Positions 1 through 14,599 of a stretch of 44,364 nt of DNA are shown here, one piece after another. The stretch is from Lenisia limosa (lineage: Eukaryota > Protista > Breviatea). The notes below the pieces were generated by a model. That model searched no databases. It saw only the letters and a program-made list of their open reading frames with translations, and was not told where the DNA came from. Every line of letters starts with the position of its first letter. Position 1 is the first letter of the stretch. The DNA is taken from NCBI GenBank assembly GCA_001655205.1, contig LPNZ01008929.1, forward strand, positions 1-44,364, in the 5' to 3' direction. A program made the translations under genes and the position numbers.

Positions 1-455
1 GGGGGTTTGTAGGCATTTCGAAGACTTTCGAATGTTTTTCGGTCACTATTTCCCTAATTTCTCCAGTGGCTCCGGAGTGATGCTTGCGGAGCCCCGTGTG
101 TCAAACTCAAGGGGCCAGTTTTGCTGCTTTTGACTTCTTATGTTATGCTGGTCTATGATAGGGTATTTGGAAGAAGTCATTTTCAATTTTCAAGGTCAAG
201 GTCTAACCTGTAAGATATCTGGGACGTTGTCGCATCGACAGCCCCCCCCCCCTTCCCAACATAGGGNNNNNNNNNNNNNNNNNNNNNNNNNNNNNNNNNN
301 NNNNNNNNNNNNNNNNNNNNNNNNNNNNNNNNNNNNNNNNNNNNNNNNNNNNNNNNNNNNNNTGAATGAAGTGTCTGCTACAAGCTCTAATTACCTAAAA
401 GTTTCTTCAATTCAATGGAGGTATAAGAAACTGCATAATCTATCAAGTGCTGAAA

Positions 456-1256
456 TTAATCGAACTTCAATTCGAATACTTCGCGTCGAGTCTCATCCTT
501 AGTAATAATGAGAATTTCCACATAGTCACCAGTGAAGATATCCCCTAAAAAGCGTTAGAACATCAGAAAACAAGCTTACTTTCTCCACACGATGTGAAAG
601 CCTGTTTGAAAATCTCAAGGGACTGTTCAAGGGTGTGGTCAACAATGGGTGCTGTCCTTGTTTCCTTGCCAAGCTAGGAAATAAACTCGATATTTTTTCT
701 TACAAGGCTATCTAACAACGGAATGACGAGGGCAGATCCAGTCCCTGTGCAACACCATCCTTCAGCATGATATGACCCAACCGCATCATAGGCATACACA
801 ACTCCTTCGCCTGAATGTGTCACCAAACAAAACCACTGCTAACCTTTCTCATTCATGCCGCCTGTGATTGAGAACACATAATAAGGGAAAAGACGCCTTC
901 CATAAAGCTGCCTTGATACCACTTGCGCAGTGGCATCAAGACCCATTTCTTTGAAGTGCTGTTGTTTGTACTTTATACGTTTCTGAACTAACAATTTTTG
1001 GAACGCGTCTCTGTCTCCTTGGCATCCTGACCCAGCAAAAATAATTTTGGGCGAGCTAAATGGCATAAAGATATATATGAGGAACCTACAGCTCGTAAAG
1101 TTTACTTGCCTTTCTTGAAAGGATGCTGTATCCGGTAGACATTCTTGTATCTGCACCAATAATACAGTAGTCCTTTCCAGCAATGGCTATGCAAGTTCCG
1201 CCATGGTTGTCGTAGGGTTCAAAGCCTCTTTCCTGTATTCCGCTGCTATTTTCCAT
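456..1256 (-). CDS. PSMB1: 20S proteasome subunit beta-6 (PSMB1/PRE7 family), 5 exons
   Basis: Spliced translation MENSSGIQERGFEPYDNHGGTCIAIAGKDYCIIGADTRMSTGYSILSR...LYGRRLFPYY...GVVYAYDAVGSY...GTGSALVIPLLD...RDIFTGDYVEILIITKD...ELKFD*, matching family motifs. All introns GT-AG. Confidence 0.95.
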
Positions 1257-1689
1257 AATAAAATTCAAATATTAAAACTAAAACACTACTAAAATCAAGT
1301 TTGAGGTTCCTTTTTTTGTTTCTCAAAAAAATTTCAATTTTTCCCCCCCGAAATACCCCCGGGGCCCTTCAGCAGGGACCGTCCGGTACAGTGATTTTTT
1401 TTTCACTAATGCCTCCGCCGCCGGTAGTTGCCCTACGCAAAACCCCACCACCCCCCCACCCTCCTGAACGACCCTGATAACGACCACACACCATAACGAA
1501 CAAACGAACAAAACCTGAACAAAACAACTCTCTGCGTCTGCCAACCACACCACAAAAAGCTCTCGCTTCCCCTCAGTCCCTAAGCATCTTGTTCGTGCTG
1601 TTTATACTACTACAACACGTTTACTTCTGCCAGTGCTATCAAAATTTTCACCAAAGCTACAATGGAATGACGCTTTTGACTAGGTCAAC

Positions 1690-3063
1690 AGTGGCACTTC
1701 TCAGAGGTGTCTGGTCTGAAGTGGAATGAGGCCAGCCAAGAAGGAGTCAATTTTCAAGGTAGGATGGGCAATGTAGAAGACTGATGAGTGTGTTTGTTTT
1801 TTTTTGGAATACTGTTCTAATTTAAAGAAAACAAAGTCGATTTCTTCCCAGTCCCAGGACAAGCCCAAGCCTATTTCTTTTGAAGGTTTGTTTCATGGAT
1901 TTGGATGGTCTTGTGTGGAAGGGTGATTTGAACTGTCTTTTTTCAAGCTTTAGGTCTTTCTAAAAAAGAAGCATTTGAACTTCGAAGAGTACACTCCAAA
2001 AAGAAGTCCCAACTCAAAAGACAGAAGCAGGTTAACAGTCTAATTATTGCTGAACCCCATCATAGTTTCCGTGTATCCTTGATTATTTGTTTAGGTTGAG
2101 GCTAGAACTTTAGAGAAGAAACAACTCCTCAAATCGATAGAGTCATTATCTCAAAAGAAATCTAAAGATGCCCTTCAAAGTATTGTGGCTTCACGTAAAA
2201 ACCAAATTCGAAAAAAGTCACGGGATTACTCTGATTGGAGCGCCACTTTGTCGCATCATCAACCTCTAAAGGTAGATTCGTAATTTGGTACTAATTAATA
2301 TTCTTCGTGTTTTTTTAATCATATGGAACATATCATACGCCATTATTGAACTTTTAGGTTCATAATATCAACAACGAATGGTTAAGCAACGACATCATTG
2401 AGATTCATCAGGAGAAGACACCAGTAAAGAAGAAGAAGGAGACACCTACTCGGATTCGAATCCCTCCATCACCGTCTCCACAGAAGCTGGTCACAAAAAA
2501 ATCGCCGACAAATACCAAGATCAATATTGGTATGTAACATATTCTGTTATTCTGTCAGCCGACTTAGGAGGACAAAACACCCAAAAAAGACGACAAAATA
2601 TGAGGACCTTGGTTGATACACTGAAACCAAAACCGCGGCTGACTAAGCAGCTCCAAGTTTGTAAATTCTACTTATTCAGCCTTTGCCTTCGGTCCGATCA
2701 GGAGTTGCTCTTTCACTGGATTCTGATGACGATGATGATGCTGATAATTTTATCAATCCGGTATATTTGCCGAACCAATCGGTACTTCTTGACAAAATAT
2801 ACAGCTCTGTCTGAGGGCTGTTACAAGAAACATTCTATTTGACATTTGAAATTGTTTTTTTTTTGTTCTTTTTCACATTTGTAGTCTCCAGATTCGCCTT
2901 CAAGTTCTCTCAAAAGTCCTGTTGATAGGTCTTTAACAGATAAATACATTTTACGAAAACTAAAGGTTGGCCTGGAGATCATCATATCATCTTGTCTTAT
3001 AATTTACTCTCAGGTCCCCAACATTGACCAGAGGACAATACATTGGATATGAATTATTTATGA
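1690..3063 (+). CDS. Hypothetical Lys/Ser/Asp-rich multi-exon protein (ends uncertain)
   Basis: Open exons with GT/AG edges join in frame, e.g. GLSKKEAFELRRVHSKKKSQLKRQKQ|VEARTLEKKQLLKSIE... and later LSLDSDDDDDADNF. No family recognised and the start was not located. Confidence 0.45.
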
Positions 3064-3069
3064 TGTTTA

Positions 3070-5400
3070 GGATAAGAGAAGTCTATCCAAGTGTAAAAAG
3101 AAGCTGTGAAAGCAGTTGTAGTAGAATATGATATGGTATAATTTATTGTTTTTCTTCACATGTAACTTGGGTGGTATTATTGTACATACATAACTTTTTA
3201 ATAATATACATCTACGCTTCTTGGTTTGAGTTCTCATTATATTGCTCTGCATATTCACTCCATTCTCCTGGAAGGACATTAAAACTTAACAACCTTTGAA
3301 TTCCTCTTCATTTTTGGCTCACCTTCATTCGCATATTCCGCGTAGTTTTCACCAGATTCTGCATACTCTCCATTTTCATATGCTTGTCCTTCTTCTGGGT
3401 ACTCCTCTTGATATTCACCTTGCTAAAAGAATGATAAACCCACCGGATCAATACCTGGAATTCTCCTTCAGTGTATTCTGCTTCCTGATAGCCTTCGAAC
3501 TGATTCTCCTCAGTCGCACAATGCTCCTCTTCATAGTACTCCTCACCTTGCTCATTTTGATATTCTTCTGCCACGGCTTCGTTCCCTTCTTGATAATCCT
3601 CTTCCTTGTACTCACAAGCTTCTTCCATGGTCTTATTTTCACTGTCTTCTTCAACAATAGGGTTTTCTTCAATATGCTCTTGAGGTTGCTCTTCCTCTTG
3701 GATTTCAACGCTAAAAAGTAAATAAATAATCATTTGCCAAACCTTTTTACAACCTGCTGCTCAGTTTCGGGCTCTGGAAGAGGAGGGGGAACTTCTTCAT
3801 TTCTTGGAGGTTACTAACTTGAGGACACGAACCTTGTCGGAGAAGAGATCAGGTTCATCTCGGTCGTAATGGGAGTCTCAGTCCCATCATTTTCAACTAC
3901 AGAAACAGATCCATCAACAACCTCTGTTACTTCTTGAACTGGTACCCTAGAAATGAATTGATCATTATCTTCATACTCTTGCACCAAGGTTGTGGCGTGT
4001 GACTTGCTTTCCTCTGATTCTTTCAATTGCTGAAGTTATAAAGAAGTACCATATTAACAAACTTGTTTTAAAGCTGCAACTGTGGCTGCCATAGCTTTGC
4101 TCTCAGATTCCCACTTTTCTTTTTCCTCCGCCAAATTTTCTAAAGAAAATAAGAAGCAACAAAAATATTACCAATTTGCTTTTCTGTGTAGTTCTGTTCA
4201 GTTTTCAAATTTTTAATGACATTTTCAAGATTTATATTCTGATTAATTATACGAAAAACCTTTTCCGAAAGTTCTTTGTTCATTTGCTCTGCTTGTTGAG
4301 CATATTCATCGAATTTTCTACATAGTAAAACATTCATATTTCAAACTGTAATTCAACTTCTTTGCTGTCAAGAATTCTTTTTAAGTCGTCATTCTTTTTG
4401 AAAGTTGAGTCAAACTAGGTGAATACAACAGAAATAACTTTTTTTTCAATTTTTTGTTTTTCCTCTTTAAGCTTTTTGACTTCTTCCTCATTTCCTCCAT
4501 TTCCACAATCAATGGGAGGTGCCTGGTTAGTGTCTCAAATAACTTTATAAATTTCAGAATTTTCAAGATTTTCCAGGGTTTCCAATGGAAGATTTAATTG
4601 AAAGCGCAAATCATTGACTTGTTAGAAGTAAAATAAACCTTGGGAAATGAGAAGCAGAACCTTCGAGTGTTCTCTACTCACTCTCTCATTCAGCTGTTTT
4701 TCAGAATAAAATTGATGATAATCACGCAGCTTTTTGTTAAATTGTTGCAAATCATTTGCATATTTTCGCCTCATTAACATTAAAAAATTTACTTAATTTG
4801 ACTGATTTCCTCATCATGCTTCTCAATTTGCGTAATATATTTTTGATTTGTGGTCTGACTGATTTTCATTGAATCATTGAGCTCCTTCATCTTCTCATCT
4901 TGAATCATGTAGGTGGACAGTTTAGATGACACAATAAACTCTTAAATGGGAATATAATCGTTGAACTTCAGCACATTCACGGGTTTTGGCTTCCATTTTT
5001 TTCAATTCTGTATAAGCAACAAAATGTACCTTCATCAAGTTGGGTTTTTGTTGAAGCATGACGTGTTTTTTCTTGTTGAAGCAGCGCCTCTGTTTTGCGA
5101 TTGATATGCTCAAGTTTTTGGACCTAAATAAATATTTTAAGGTTAAATATTGAGAAATATCCTACTTGTTGAAGAAACTGGTCCACTTCTCCATAACGAG
5201 GTGCCATTGTTACCACAAAAGAGACAAGGTGCTTGAAAGCGACTCGGCTAAATTAAGTTTCAGCTGATATTCCTTTTGTTTTATAATTTTATATCTGAAG
5301 CTACTCTAAATAAGGACAGGAAGGGAGAAGAAGAGCTTTACACAAAGTAAATAAATGAATGACAGAAATGATGAATATCTTGGATGGAATGCGGCGGCAT
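3070..5400 (-). CDS. Hypothetical coiled-coil protein with Glu-rich C-terminal region
   Basis: Several minus-strand exons rich in E/K/Q with heptad character (e.g. KFDEYAQQAEQMNKELSEKVFR, EIQEEEQPQEHIEENPIVEEDSEN). Boundaries approximate. Confidence 0.55.
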
Positions 5401-5579
5401 AATATACAAAGTCCCAGCAAAAATGGCCCTGATGTGTTTTAAGTTTCAAAAAATAATTTTTATAAATATATAAACTAATAAATAAGTAAATAAGACAAAA
5501 TAAATTGGACAAATAGTCAGGCTAGAGAGTGATCTTTGGAAAGCTGGCTTTCAAGCCTTCTTCCTTCCAAGCCCTCACT

Positions 5580-8500
5580 ATGCATCAAGGAAATAGCACA
5601 ATTGATGAACAAATGTCGGATATTAGAGTTCGAATTGAAGCTCTGAAGGTACTTTCCCGTTATTTACAATAGGCAGTTGCATATGAGGTGGTCAATGGTC
5701 AGGGGTCGCAATTCTCAACGAACAAACAGGTAGGTCTGGTCAAAGGCTGACGGAATAGTCACTTGGCCTCCTTCCTGTGCATGTCAAGGAAATCGCGGAG
5801 GAGGTTGCGTCCATTTCAAGCCGAAACAAGAAGGTGTGTTGGGTGTGTTTTTGGCTGTCAGTTACTCATTAACAACCTAGGTTGACAACTCGGTGGCAAT
5901 AGAAAGTGAGGTTAAAGCTGCAGAAGGAAGCCTCCACGCTATTTCCAACATCGCTAAGGTAAATCAATATCTTAATTTTGATTCTTTTAGTTCCTCACAA
6001 CAGTCGAACTTGTGGATTCCTCTCTCCTGTATGTGACAGAATTTTCTGTTTTCGTTTTTTTTTTTTTCATTTTCATTTTTTTTAGTGCTGGCAACATTAT
6101 TCAAGCTGCTCAACATGTTTTAGTCTTGGTTTTTTTTTTCTCTTCCTAACTTCAGATTGAGTGTCTTGCAGAGCTGCCTGGAGGAAAGGATGGGAGGACT
6201 AGAGGCTCTGCTGCTGATATTTCTGTCATTCGTTTGGCTAGGGTAGGCTTAATTGGAGTGATATTTGAAAACCACAAAGAGGAGAGATATCAAATTAATT
6301 GATCGAACGCTATGATAACGGTTTCAGAACCAAATGTTTAGAAGGCGAATTCTTGTGGTGCGAAGGCTTGTTGATCTCTGGGCTTCTACTGTTTCTGTTA
6401 CAACAAATGGCATCGAAATTTCTTCATCCCCAACTGGTAAGATTGGTGTGATACCTTTTTGTTGTTAGATGTTTTTATTGAAACGGCCCTGTTTTTGCCA
6501 TGCTAACGCAATAACACGTTAGCTCCTGAGCCAACGGAGATTCTGCACCTTTTAGCCGGTCTCGAGGCTGTTGACCCAGTTTTGTCGTGCTTAGCTGAGT
6601 CTCTCTCCTCGGATGTTTATTTACGACTTCTTTCTCCTCCATTTTCCCAAGCCTCTTTCTACACAGAAGCAGGAAAAAGCATTTTTTCCTTTTCCCAGCC
6701 CCATGAATGCCTCTCTGTAAGCTTCTATTCTACCAGAGCTTCTTTTCTCTTGGTTAATCATTTCTTTGCTATATCCATTTTCTTTTTACATTTTAGACCC
6801 CAATCCCAGTCTTGAAAACTATTGTTGAAGTTTCGGAATTCATCTACAAGAATATCTTTTCGGGTAATTTTGAGGTTTGTTTGGGGATGTCTCCTGTAAT
6901 TCATCTTTGTCTCTTGACTCTTGTAGCTTTTTTCTCTCGTAAGCAGTGTTGTATGGCCTTTGATTGCAGAAGCTATGAACACAAATCTCTTCACCAACTT
7001 GCTTCCTACTTCCATGGCCGATCTTTTCCCCTGGAAAGAGTCGTGTGAGGAAGTTGCAGGTTAGTTATTGTTTTTGATTGGGGGGGGGGGTGATTCTCCA
7101 TATTTTCTGATTTCTCTAGACTTGGAGATTCAACTCGCTGAAATTGGCTTTATTACAAATTCTGACAAGGTAGGATTTTACACCTTTTATCAAATCATCT
7201 TTTTTACCCTTTCACACCCCAGAGACTCTCACAATGGGCATCTGAATCGTCAGCTAGGTACGCCAATATCAAGAGGCAAACAAGACTGCAGGAAGCGAGG
7301 GAGATCATTCTTGATAAGTGAGCAGTAAAGCTGAACCACAATTATTGACATGATTAGGAACTCCAATCTCATCGACGTCACTTCAGAAGTTGAATTTTCT
7401 GGCAACTCCCCTGTTCATACTTATTATGGAGGTTTGCTCACCCATAACAACATTTATTTTTTCATTTTGTGTGAATGAACTTTGGTCCAAAAAGTCTGAA
7501 ATGCATGATCAATCCTGAACGATATTTTTCCTCGCTTTTTTCTGTTGTAAAACCCAAGATTATCGATCTCAATATCCAGCTGATGAAGCGCTTCGAATCG
7601 AGCACAATTCTGGAACCCCAAGTGCTAAAAAGAAAGGAAAGGTGAGTTGACTAGTAGGTCCTCTCTTTTGACTGAGCAGGAAGCCCAAATCGGAGATAAC
7701 TCATCATTTTTCCATTTTCCGTTGTGCAAAATCTCTTCCAACACGTACAAGCTGTCACTGCACATTGCAGAGATTCTTGCAGAAGGTTAATTCTTTTTTG
7801 TAATACAGCTGCGTCGTCACCGTCTTTCATTGCTGCATCGTTGATTCTGGCTGCAAGAGATTGTCTCACTCTCTGGCGTGCAATCATTCAAGCCAAAACG
7901 TGGGCTGCTTGCGCTAAGTTTAATTAAACATTCGTTTTATGACCCCCCCCCCAGAGTTAATGAAAGCGGGATTGATTCGACATCTTCCATGGCTCTTCAT
8001 AACGATTACCTTTACCTCAGGTCTGATTAGAGGACATTAGTGTATTATTGTGGCCTGACTTCTCATTCCTTAGTCACCGATGCTTAACTTACGGCCTTGC
8101 GCTGCGGAACCACATCCCGGAGGAAGTTGCCCCTGTGTGCACCCTGGTCGATCTCTTTCCTGTCCTTAGGGACCTTGGCGATGCGAAGTTCAAGGACTGT
8201 GTTGACAAAAACAGGGAAATCGTCATCAGCCTGCTTCAGTTTGGGGCGTTTGCTCTTGGTCCTATGGATATCTGTTGTCCCCATTACTCATTTTTACTAT
8301 ATTAACGTTTCTACAGAGAATCCGGAGGGTTGTTTGCGACTCACACAGACAACAGGTTCCATGCAGGTTTGCTGATGGGTGCTTTGCCTCAGTCGTGAGC
8401 GGACTGACGATGCAGTTGACATGGCCATCAAGCAAGCCCTTCACCATCTGGCCACTCTGAACAACCACTGGCGCCCCATTCTCCCTCCCGCCGCCTACCT

Positions 8501-9513
8501 CTACGCCATGGGTTCTGTGTTTGATGCGCTTCTCGCCTCTGTGGTGAAGAACATTCTTGGTCTTCCTTCAATGGAAGCTCAGGTGTGCCCCACGACATCT
8601 TTATTAAAGCCTTACTACATTCTTACTCGTGTCTTATTCGTGTTCCTATTCCACCTCCCCCACCCCTCGTTTTTTCACACGTTTAATAAGAATACTGTGC
8701 GTTTTAGTAGCACTTCACTCTTATTGTTCATTCTTTATGTATTATTTATTTCCACCGCCAGTTAATTTTTTTGCTCCGTAGATCATTCCGATAGTAGCTG
8801 TGGTACAATACGGTGATTGAAGTATAATCTGCTTTGGTTATTGTGCCGGGAGTGATGGGATGTGGTGCTGCAGAAGCGATTGGCAAGGGCTTTGTTTATT
8901 TTGTTGTTTAACCTTTGTGTTTTTTCCAAATACTAGCCACCAGAGTTGATTCTGAGTTTTTTTAGTTTCATAAATGTCTTTCGTTTTACTCCCCCCCCCC
9001 CCCCCNNNNNNNNNNNNNNNNNNNNNNNNNNNNNNNNNNNNNNNNNNNNNNNNNNNNNNNNNNNNNNNNNNNNNNNNNNNNNNNNNNNNNNNNNNNNNNN
9101 NNNNNNNNNNNNNNNNNNNNNNNNNNNNNNNNNNNNNNNNNNNNNNNNNNNNNNNNNNNNNNNNNNNNNGGTTGGAAGGATTGTAATTGCTCGAATTTGA
9201 TTCTTTAGGGTGAATTTCACTGTGTGTCCAAGTCCATTGCGTCATGGTCAATAGCTGAAGCTCTTGCTCTCGTTTTGAGTCGCGATATGTCCTCGATTAC
9301 TTCGCTTTACCGCTCAAATAAGCTCTATCCTCTGGAGTAAGTACTCTCTTTTGTGACTTTGCAGTTTCCTCTGTTCCAGATAAAGCTATAATAGTACAGC
9401 TTTCCCATTTCTACTTTCATATCTCAATATTCAGTGCCAGCCAAGTTCGCCATCTTATCCGTGCCATCTTTGCTGATACAGCTGATCGCCGAGGGTGTTT
9501 GGAGAAAATTTAG
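5580..9513 (+). CDS. ZW10: Centromere/kinetochore and Dsl1/NRZ tethering protein ZW10 homolog
   Basis: TLVDLFPVLRDLG, AIKQALHHLATLNNHWRPILPPAAYLYAMGSVFD and the C-terminus FSASQVRHLIRAIFADTADRRGCLEKI* match ZW10 family motifs as I recall them. Multi-exon, one N gap (9006-9169). Confidence 0.85.
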
Positions 9514-9630
9514 TTTTTTTCATTGTTTCTGTTTTCTTAATGTATTATGCTACTACTTTGTGCCAGTTTTGAGAATCTTTACACCAGTACAAATATGTTC
9601 ACATAGTACATAATTTCATACAGAAGAGAG

Positions 9631-12600
9631 TTAGATTTTGCGAACATAGAAGTCGACAACAGTGTATGGTCTAGCAGAGTAATCCGAGCAATCTGCGGTT
9701 GACGCTAAGACCGGAGCACGGACCTGAATGTTGTCAAGCAACTCACATTTCGCTTCGAGGCAAAATGTATCAAGTTGAGATAATCATTCTGCAAAACATG
9801 ACTGAGATTATGGTTGTAATTTGCTACAAAAGAGGCTCACAGAGTCTCTGCAAGTTACGTCCTTTCTGTAGTCCAAAATCACAAGTGCGTTTCTGAAAAG
9901 CTTGTTGACAAACGCTGAAGAATGAGATACGATTTTTAATCACAAATATTACCAAAAAATTAATTTCTGCTATATGAAGGTAAGCCTTACTTGTGGTGAC
10001 ATCACCAGCAGTATTTTTAATAGCGTGCCCTTGCAGCACCACAGTTTCCGAACCGGAAATAGGGTTGACAACGTCAAGCTGAGGCTACAAGGGGTAAAGT
10101 GTGAATGGCTGAAAGATAAAGCCCAAATCATTTTAGACCAAAGTTGGGGAGAACAAAGAAACTAAATAATTATGAAAATAAATCACAATGGGGGCGGCGT
10201 GAAGGGTAAATTAGATCCCAAACTGAGAGTTGAATTTGTTCTTACAATCTTTAGACAACTAAGTTGGCCCATACCTTGCCATCACACTGGGAGGGCACTC
10301 TACCGTCAACTGGGTTAGACACCTGCAAAATGACAAAGGAATATCGACCAAAGCCGTCCACACTTAAGTAATACTAATAATATACATTTATCATTTGCTG
10401 GCACCAGCATGTAAACAGCTTTCTGAGCAGCTTATGTTCATATTATCAAGGATAAACGAGTAGATGAGCTCACGGGAAGGCCAAAGTGGCCCATTTGGGG
10501 GTTTGCGGAACATCCAATTGCGGTCACATGCCCGAAGTCCACCTAATGGTTAAGTTGCACATTTTTGGCCACTGGATACACCCTAAAAACAATGAGCCCC
10601 CAATCCAACCAACCCAGTTTCTGTAAATGGCATCATAACCTTCAACATAAGCAGTTCCTCCGATGTCAGGACATGTGTTGACTACAGGCTACAGAATAAC
10701 ATGGGTTGCTCATAGTGGATAGGGAATAGAACAAATAGAAACATGCTTACTTCAACAAACAATGATGCCATTGAGGCGCCTAGAAACAATGAAAAAGGAA
10801 AGAGACTGTGTGCAGCATCAATTGAACACTCACCATCTCTGAAGATGAACTTGGCGAACCCGCTCTGAAGGGCATAAGAGGTGGATTTCGATGTCGAAGT
10901 CTGCATGGTCGTGAATTTCATGATCCACTCGGTGTCCTAAATAATGGTCAAAACAAGAAAACTTAAAACATAGTAGCTTTTACAAACAAAGGTGTTATTC
11001 AACCCACAGTTTCGGCATAATGTACATGTCCAGTGGAGAGACCACCGGTGGACGTAATGGACGCAGGAAGCATAATCTGCTTATGTTATCGTAAATTATA
11101 ATATTAAATCAAGAATGTTGAAAACAGCACCAGAACAGCTTTTTCCAAAGTTCCTCCTTCCCCATGAGACAAAACACAGTCCTTTCACCTCTTCAGCTTC
11201 ACCGTTGCGGATTTGGGTGCGTGTCATTGAATCCCGTCCGCTGAATGAGTGCGATAAGGCGAACGCTGAAGTGTGACCTCAGGGGTAATGGGGTCATGAA
11301 GAGGAGTATGGTGTTAAATATAATGAAATACAATAATACTATGCTTAACATCATTCCAAGTATTATACTGATAATGCGTAATTGGTACAGCGAAACAGGA
11401 CGTGTTACTCACCTCCTAGGCCTCGCATATTGAAGTCGCAATACTGCAGCCTCTGAAGCCCTGTACTTGTAAGAGATCACACAAGACACCCACCAGCATG
11501 GCTTTTCGCCTGAACATAGTACTGGCCATTAGCAAGCTCTGGGCGGGCCTCATGAAGCTGAGCACACGAGCGGGCAGGATGGTGGAACTGAAAAGTCAGA
11601 AAGATGTCCAACGCTCTTAGATCACCCACAGTGCCCATAAGTGGGAATGATGCCGGCTCCACAGCGCTCAGTTTCCGCACGTATGACTCGACATGCTGTA
11701 TGGTTAAGCAATCCAACAATCAGGCCACCTTACCATGAAGCCACTGTATGCGAAGTTACCAGCGCTGGTGCAGCGGAAAATACAGCGGTTGCTCTAAGGG
11801 TTGTCACAAATATGTTATGTCACATAGTACATCTATCTTAATGTGTTCTGAGTAGACATTATCTTGAAAAATATCAATATAAAAGTGTTTGGTAGATTTG
11901 CCTAAGTCGTTCCCTCTCACAGTGAGGTAATCTCCATCACCAGCTTCCCATCTGTAGAACATGTGTCGGATGAGGGAGGGGAAGCCCACGTCTGTTTGCG
12001 TTAATAATTCCAAAGCAAAGGTGATGAGTATTCCAAAGACAGATTCTTCCCGTTATCACGATATCCACCAAACAAACAACCATTCTTGGAACTCACCCAA
12101 AGGTTCAGTGACGGTCTAAATGAATAAGATGATGAACTAACAACTCTTGACTCAGATACCAAACAGCATCATGTTCATAGAGTATCATCGAAAATCGCAT
12201 ATTTTCCAGCACCAACCCTGTTAGCTTCAGGGCAGTAGAGATTCTCAAGGTAGCCGCGGCCGTAGTAATTATCTATACATTGTAAATCGATTCAGCTCAG
12301 ATCCTCATCTTGCGTTGATGTTCAGTCAAAGAGGGATCATATCTTTCCGTACCCCTCCCCCCCACTGGTACTCAAGTCATTGGAGACGAACTCACTCACA
12401 CCAAGGTCATAAGTGGTACCACCCCAAATAGCCTGGAAGTCAGTTATTAAAGCGGTGTGGTAGGAAGACCTCCATTGTCCATACCCCCCCACTTTAACCT
12501 CCACTTGTCCACTAAGTTTTCGACAGTAACTAGTGAAGACCTCTTGTCCTGGGAGAGTTTCTCCGAGGCTGCAAATAGTCAGAAGCTGATCGGAACATAA

Positions 12601-14336
12601 GCGAGACAATGCCGAGCCGAAGTCCTTCAAACCTTGCGCCCCCAGTGAACTTCAGGTTGATGGTGACCTCTTGTTGGACCTGGTACTGTCAAATGTTCAA
12701 AAAATAGCATTCTATTTTCAACAAAAGAAGCAAGAACGTGGCAAAAGGTAAATAGCAAATTTCACATAATTAACAACGGGGTACCTTGTTGTCGAGATAG
12801 TCAATGAAGCGAATAGCCCATTCCACGTCTGAAAAGTTAGTTGGAACTGTACTTGCGTGTCTTATTGAACTGAATGCCCCTTTGAAAAGATTTCTCACCG
12901 GTATCATGTAGCATTGACTGGAAAATGCCAGTTTGAACACCTAGGCTGTGAGTGGTCATATTCAAGTCTTTAAATTGCCCCCCATCAGACCTTCGGAAAC
13001 ATATTGGTCAACTGGGGCAACCAGTGGTTTGACAACCTTCAGATCATAGAGATCAGCCATTCCAACCGCATTCTCAAAGCCATCGAGATCCTTCAGAGCA
13101 AGGGTATAGCCTGGGGGGGGGGGTCAAGAATAAAAATGATATCATATATTATACATATAAGAATTTTGACAAGGATTCTGAGCAAATATGTGAGAAATGT
13201 TTTTTGAGGGTAGAAAATACTTCACAATAGTTTTAGAAATTTATATCACATGAGAAAATTTAATTTCTTGAATTTAGAATTTCCAACGAAATAATTAATG
13301 TACTTCGAGCATCCGAATTGAATTTAAAGAAAAACAACCCCTAGTCATATAGTGCATACAAAATAATAATATCAGATAATAAATGTCAGTCTTAATTGTA
13401 ACTCATTCTATAAGTGCCTGGGAAATATCAAGTGCAAGGTTCCATTTTTTTTCTGTGAAAATAAACTGCACCTGCCAATAGAGTTGAACCACATGAAACA
13501 ACGAGACTAACTATCAAAACAAAGAGTAAATATTAAAGGTTTAGCGCGAGCCTACCTCCATCGAAAAGGTCATTATTGCAGTACACCTCCGTGGGCCCAA
13601 CAGCAGACAAAACTGCGCAGTAATTCAAAGGATATACTATGACATGAGAACATTTATTGCTTGCTAATAGCAAGACATCCACTATATCATTATATGTATC
13701 ATACATCATATAATTTTCTAATATCAATGAAGAGAGCTTGGACAAAGATGTTGAAATAGAGCAACACCAGAAGGATTGAAACATACCGAAATACCGTCCT
13801 GATGCGAGACCCAGATCATTGACATGATTGCAGGACAGGTAGGGCGAAGATACCTGGGGGTGAGTATCAAATATGTATTACCTCAACCAAAGTGCCCTGT
13901 TACCGAGTTACGAGGAGCTGCGGCCACAGCGATCCAGTCGGATCCCGAGCAAAACTCCAAAGAAGAGAAACCCAGTGGCGTGTTCACGCTCCTCATTGAT
14001 CCTGAGGAGTTAGGTGTCCAAGGGACTTGGCTTCAATTGAATTCTCCCCACGGGAAGTGAATGAGTATTTAAGGCAATGGGAATCATGAGGAGAGAAGTG
14101 TCACGATGGATTCTCTTCACCTATCATAATACATGTATATTATTGTGCTAACTACCCCCCCCACCTTTTAGAGCATCATTGCACAGAGGGGAGGTATCCG
14201 AAGAGGGAAGCTGAAGTGAACTGAACTTGACATTGTCGGGAAAATACAAAAGGTTATTCTTGTTAAATTGTACTGATGCGAAGGCTACAGCAAACAAGGT
14301 ACAGAGAACGAAGAAAGTCTTCATCTCGGAACTCAT
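9631..14336 (-). CDS. Secreted protein with two fibrinogen-related (FReD N-subdomain/NEC-like) modules and a probable IPT/TIG-like segment
   Basis: Signal peptide MSSEMKTFFVLCTLFAVAFA. Module 1 spliced: PYLSCNHVNDLGLASGRYFVLSAVGPTEVYCNNDLFDGGYTLALK (13860-13090). Module 2: HPARSCAQLHEARPELANGQYYVQAKSHAGLQRLQYCDFNMRGLGGHT (11580-11270). Likely end VVDFYVRKI*. No TM seen. Some internal exons uncertain. Confidence 0.75.
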
Positions 14337-14599
14337 GTCTCAAGCAACCTTTTCTCCGACTTCTGTGAACCACTTACTGTAATTGTGGTCAAGTTGTGGT
14401 GATGTGTTTTTTTCACGTTTTATTTTCTTTTATTTCTGTTTGGATTGTTATGAGGGTTTAATGCGTAATTGGTAAATTTAGCTAAAAAGTGCACTCGTAC
14501 ACAAATTTTGAAATTGCTATCCTCCCGGTCCTCCAGAGAACTTTATCGTGTTATTTTTTTATTTTTCAATGCACTGCAGCACTGCACTGGATGAAAAAG

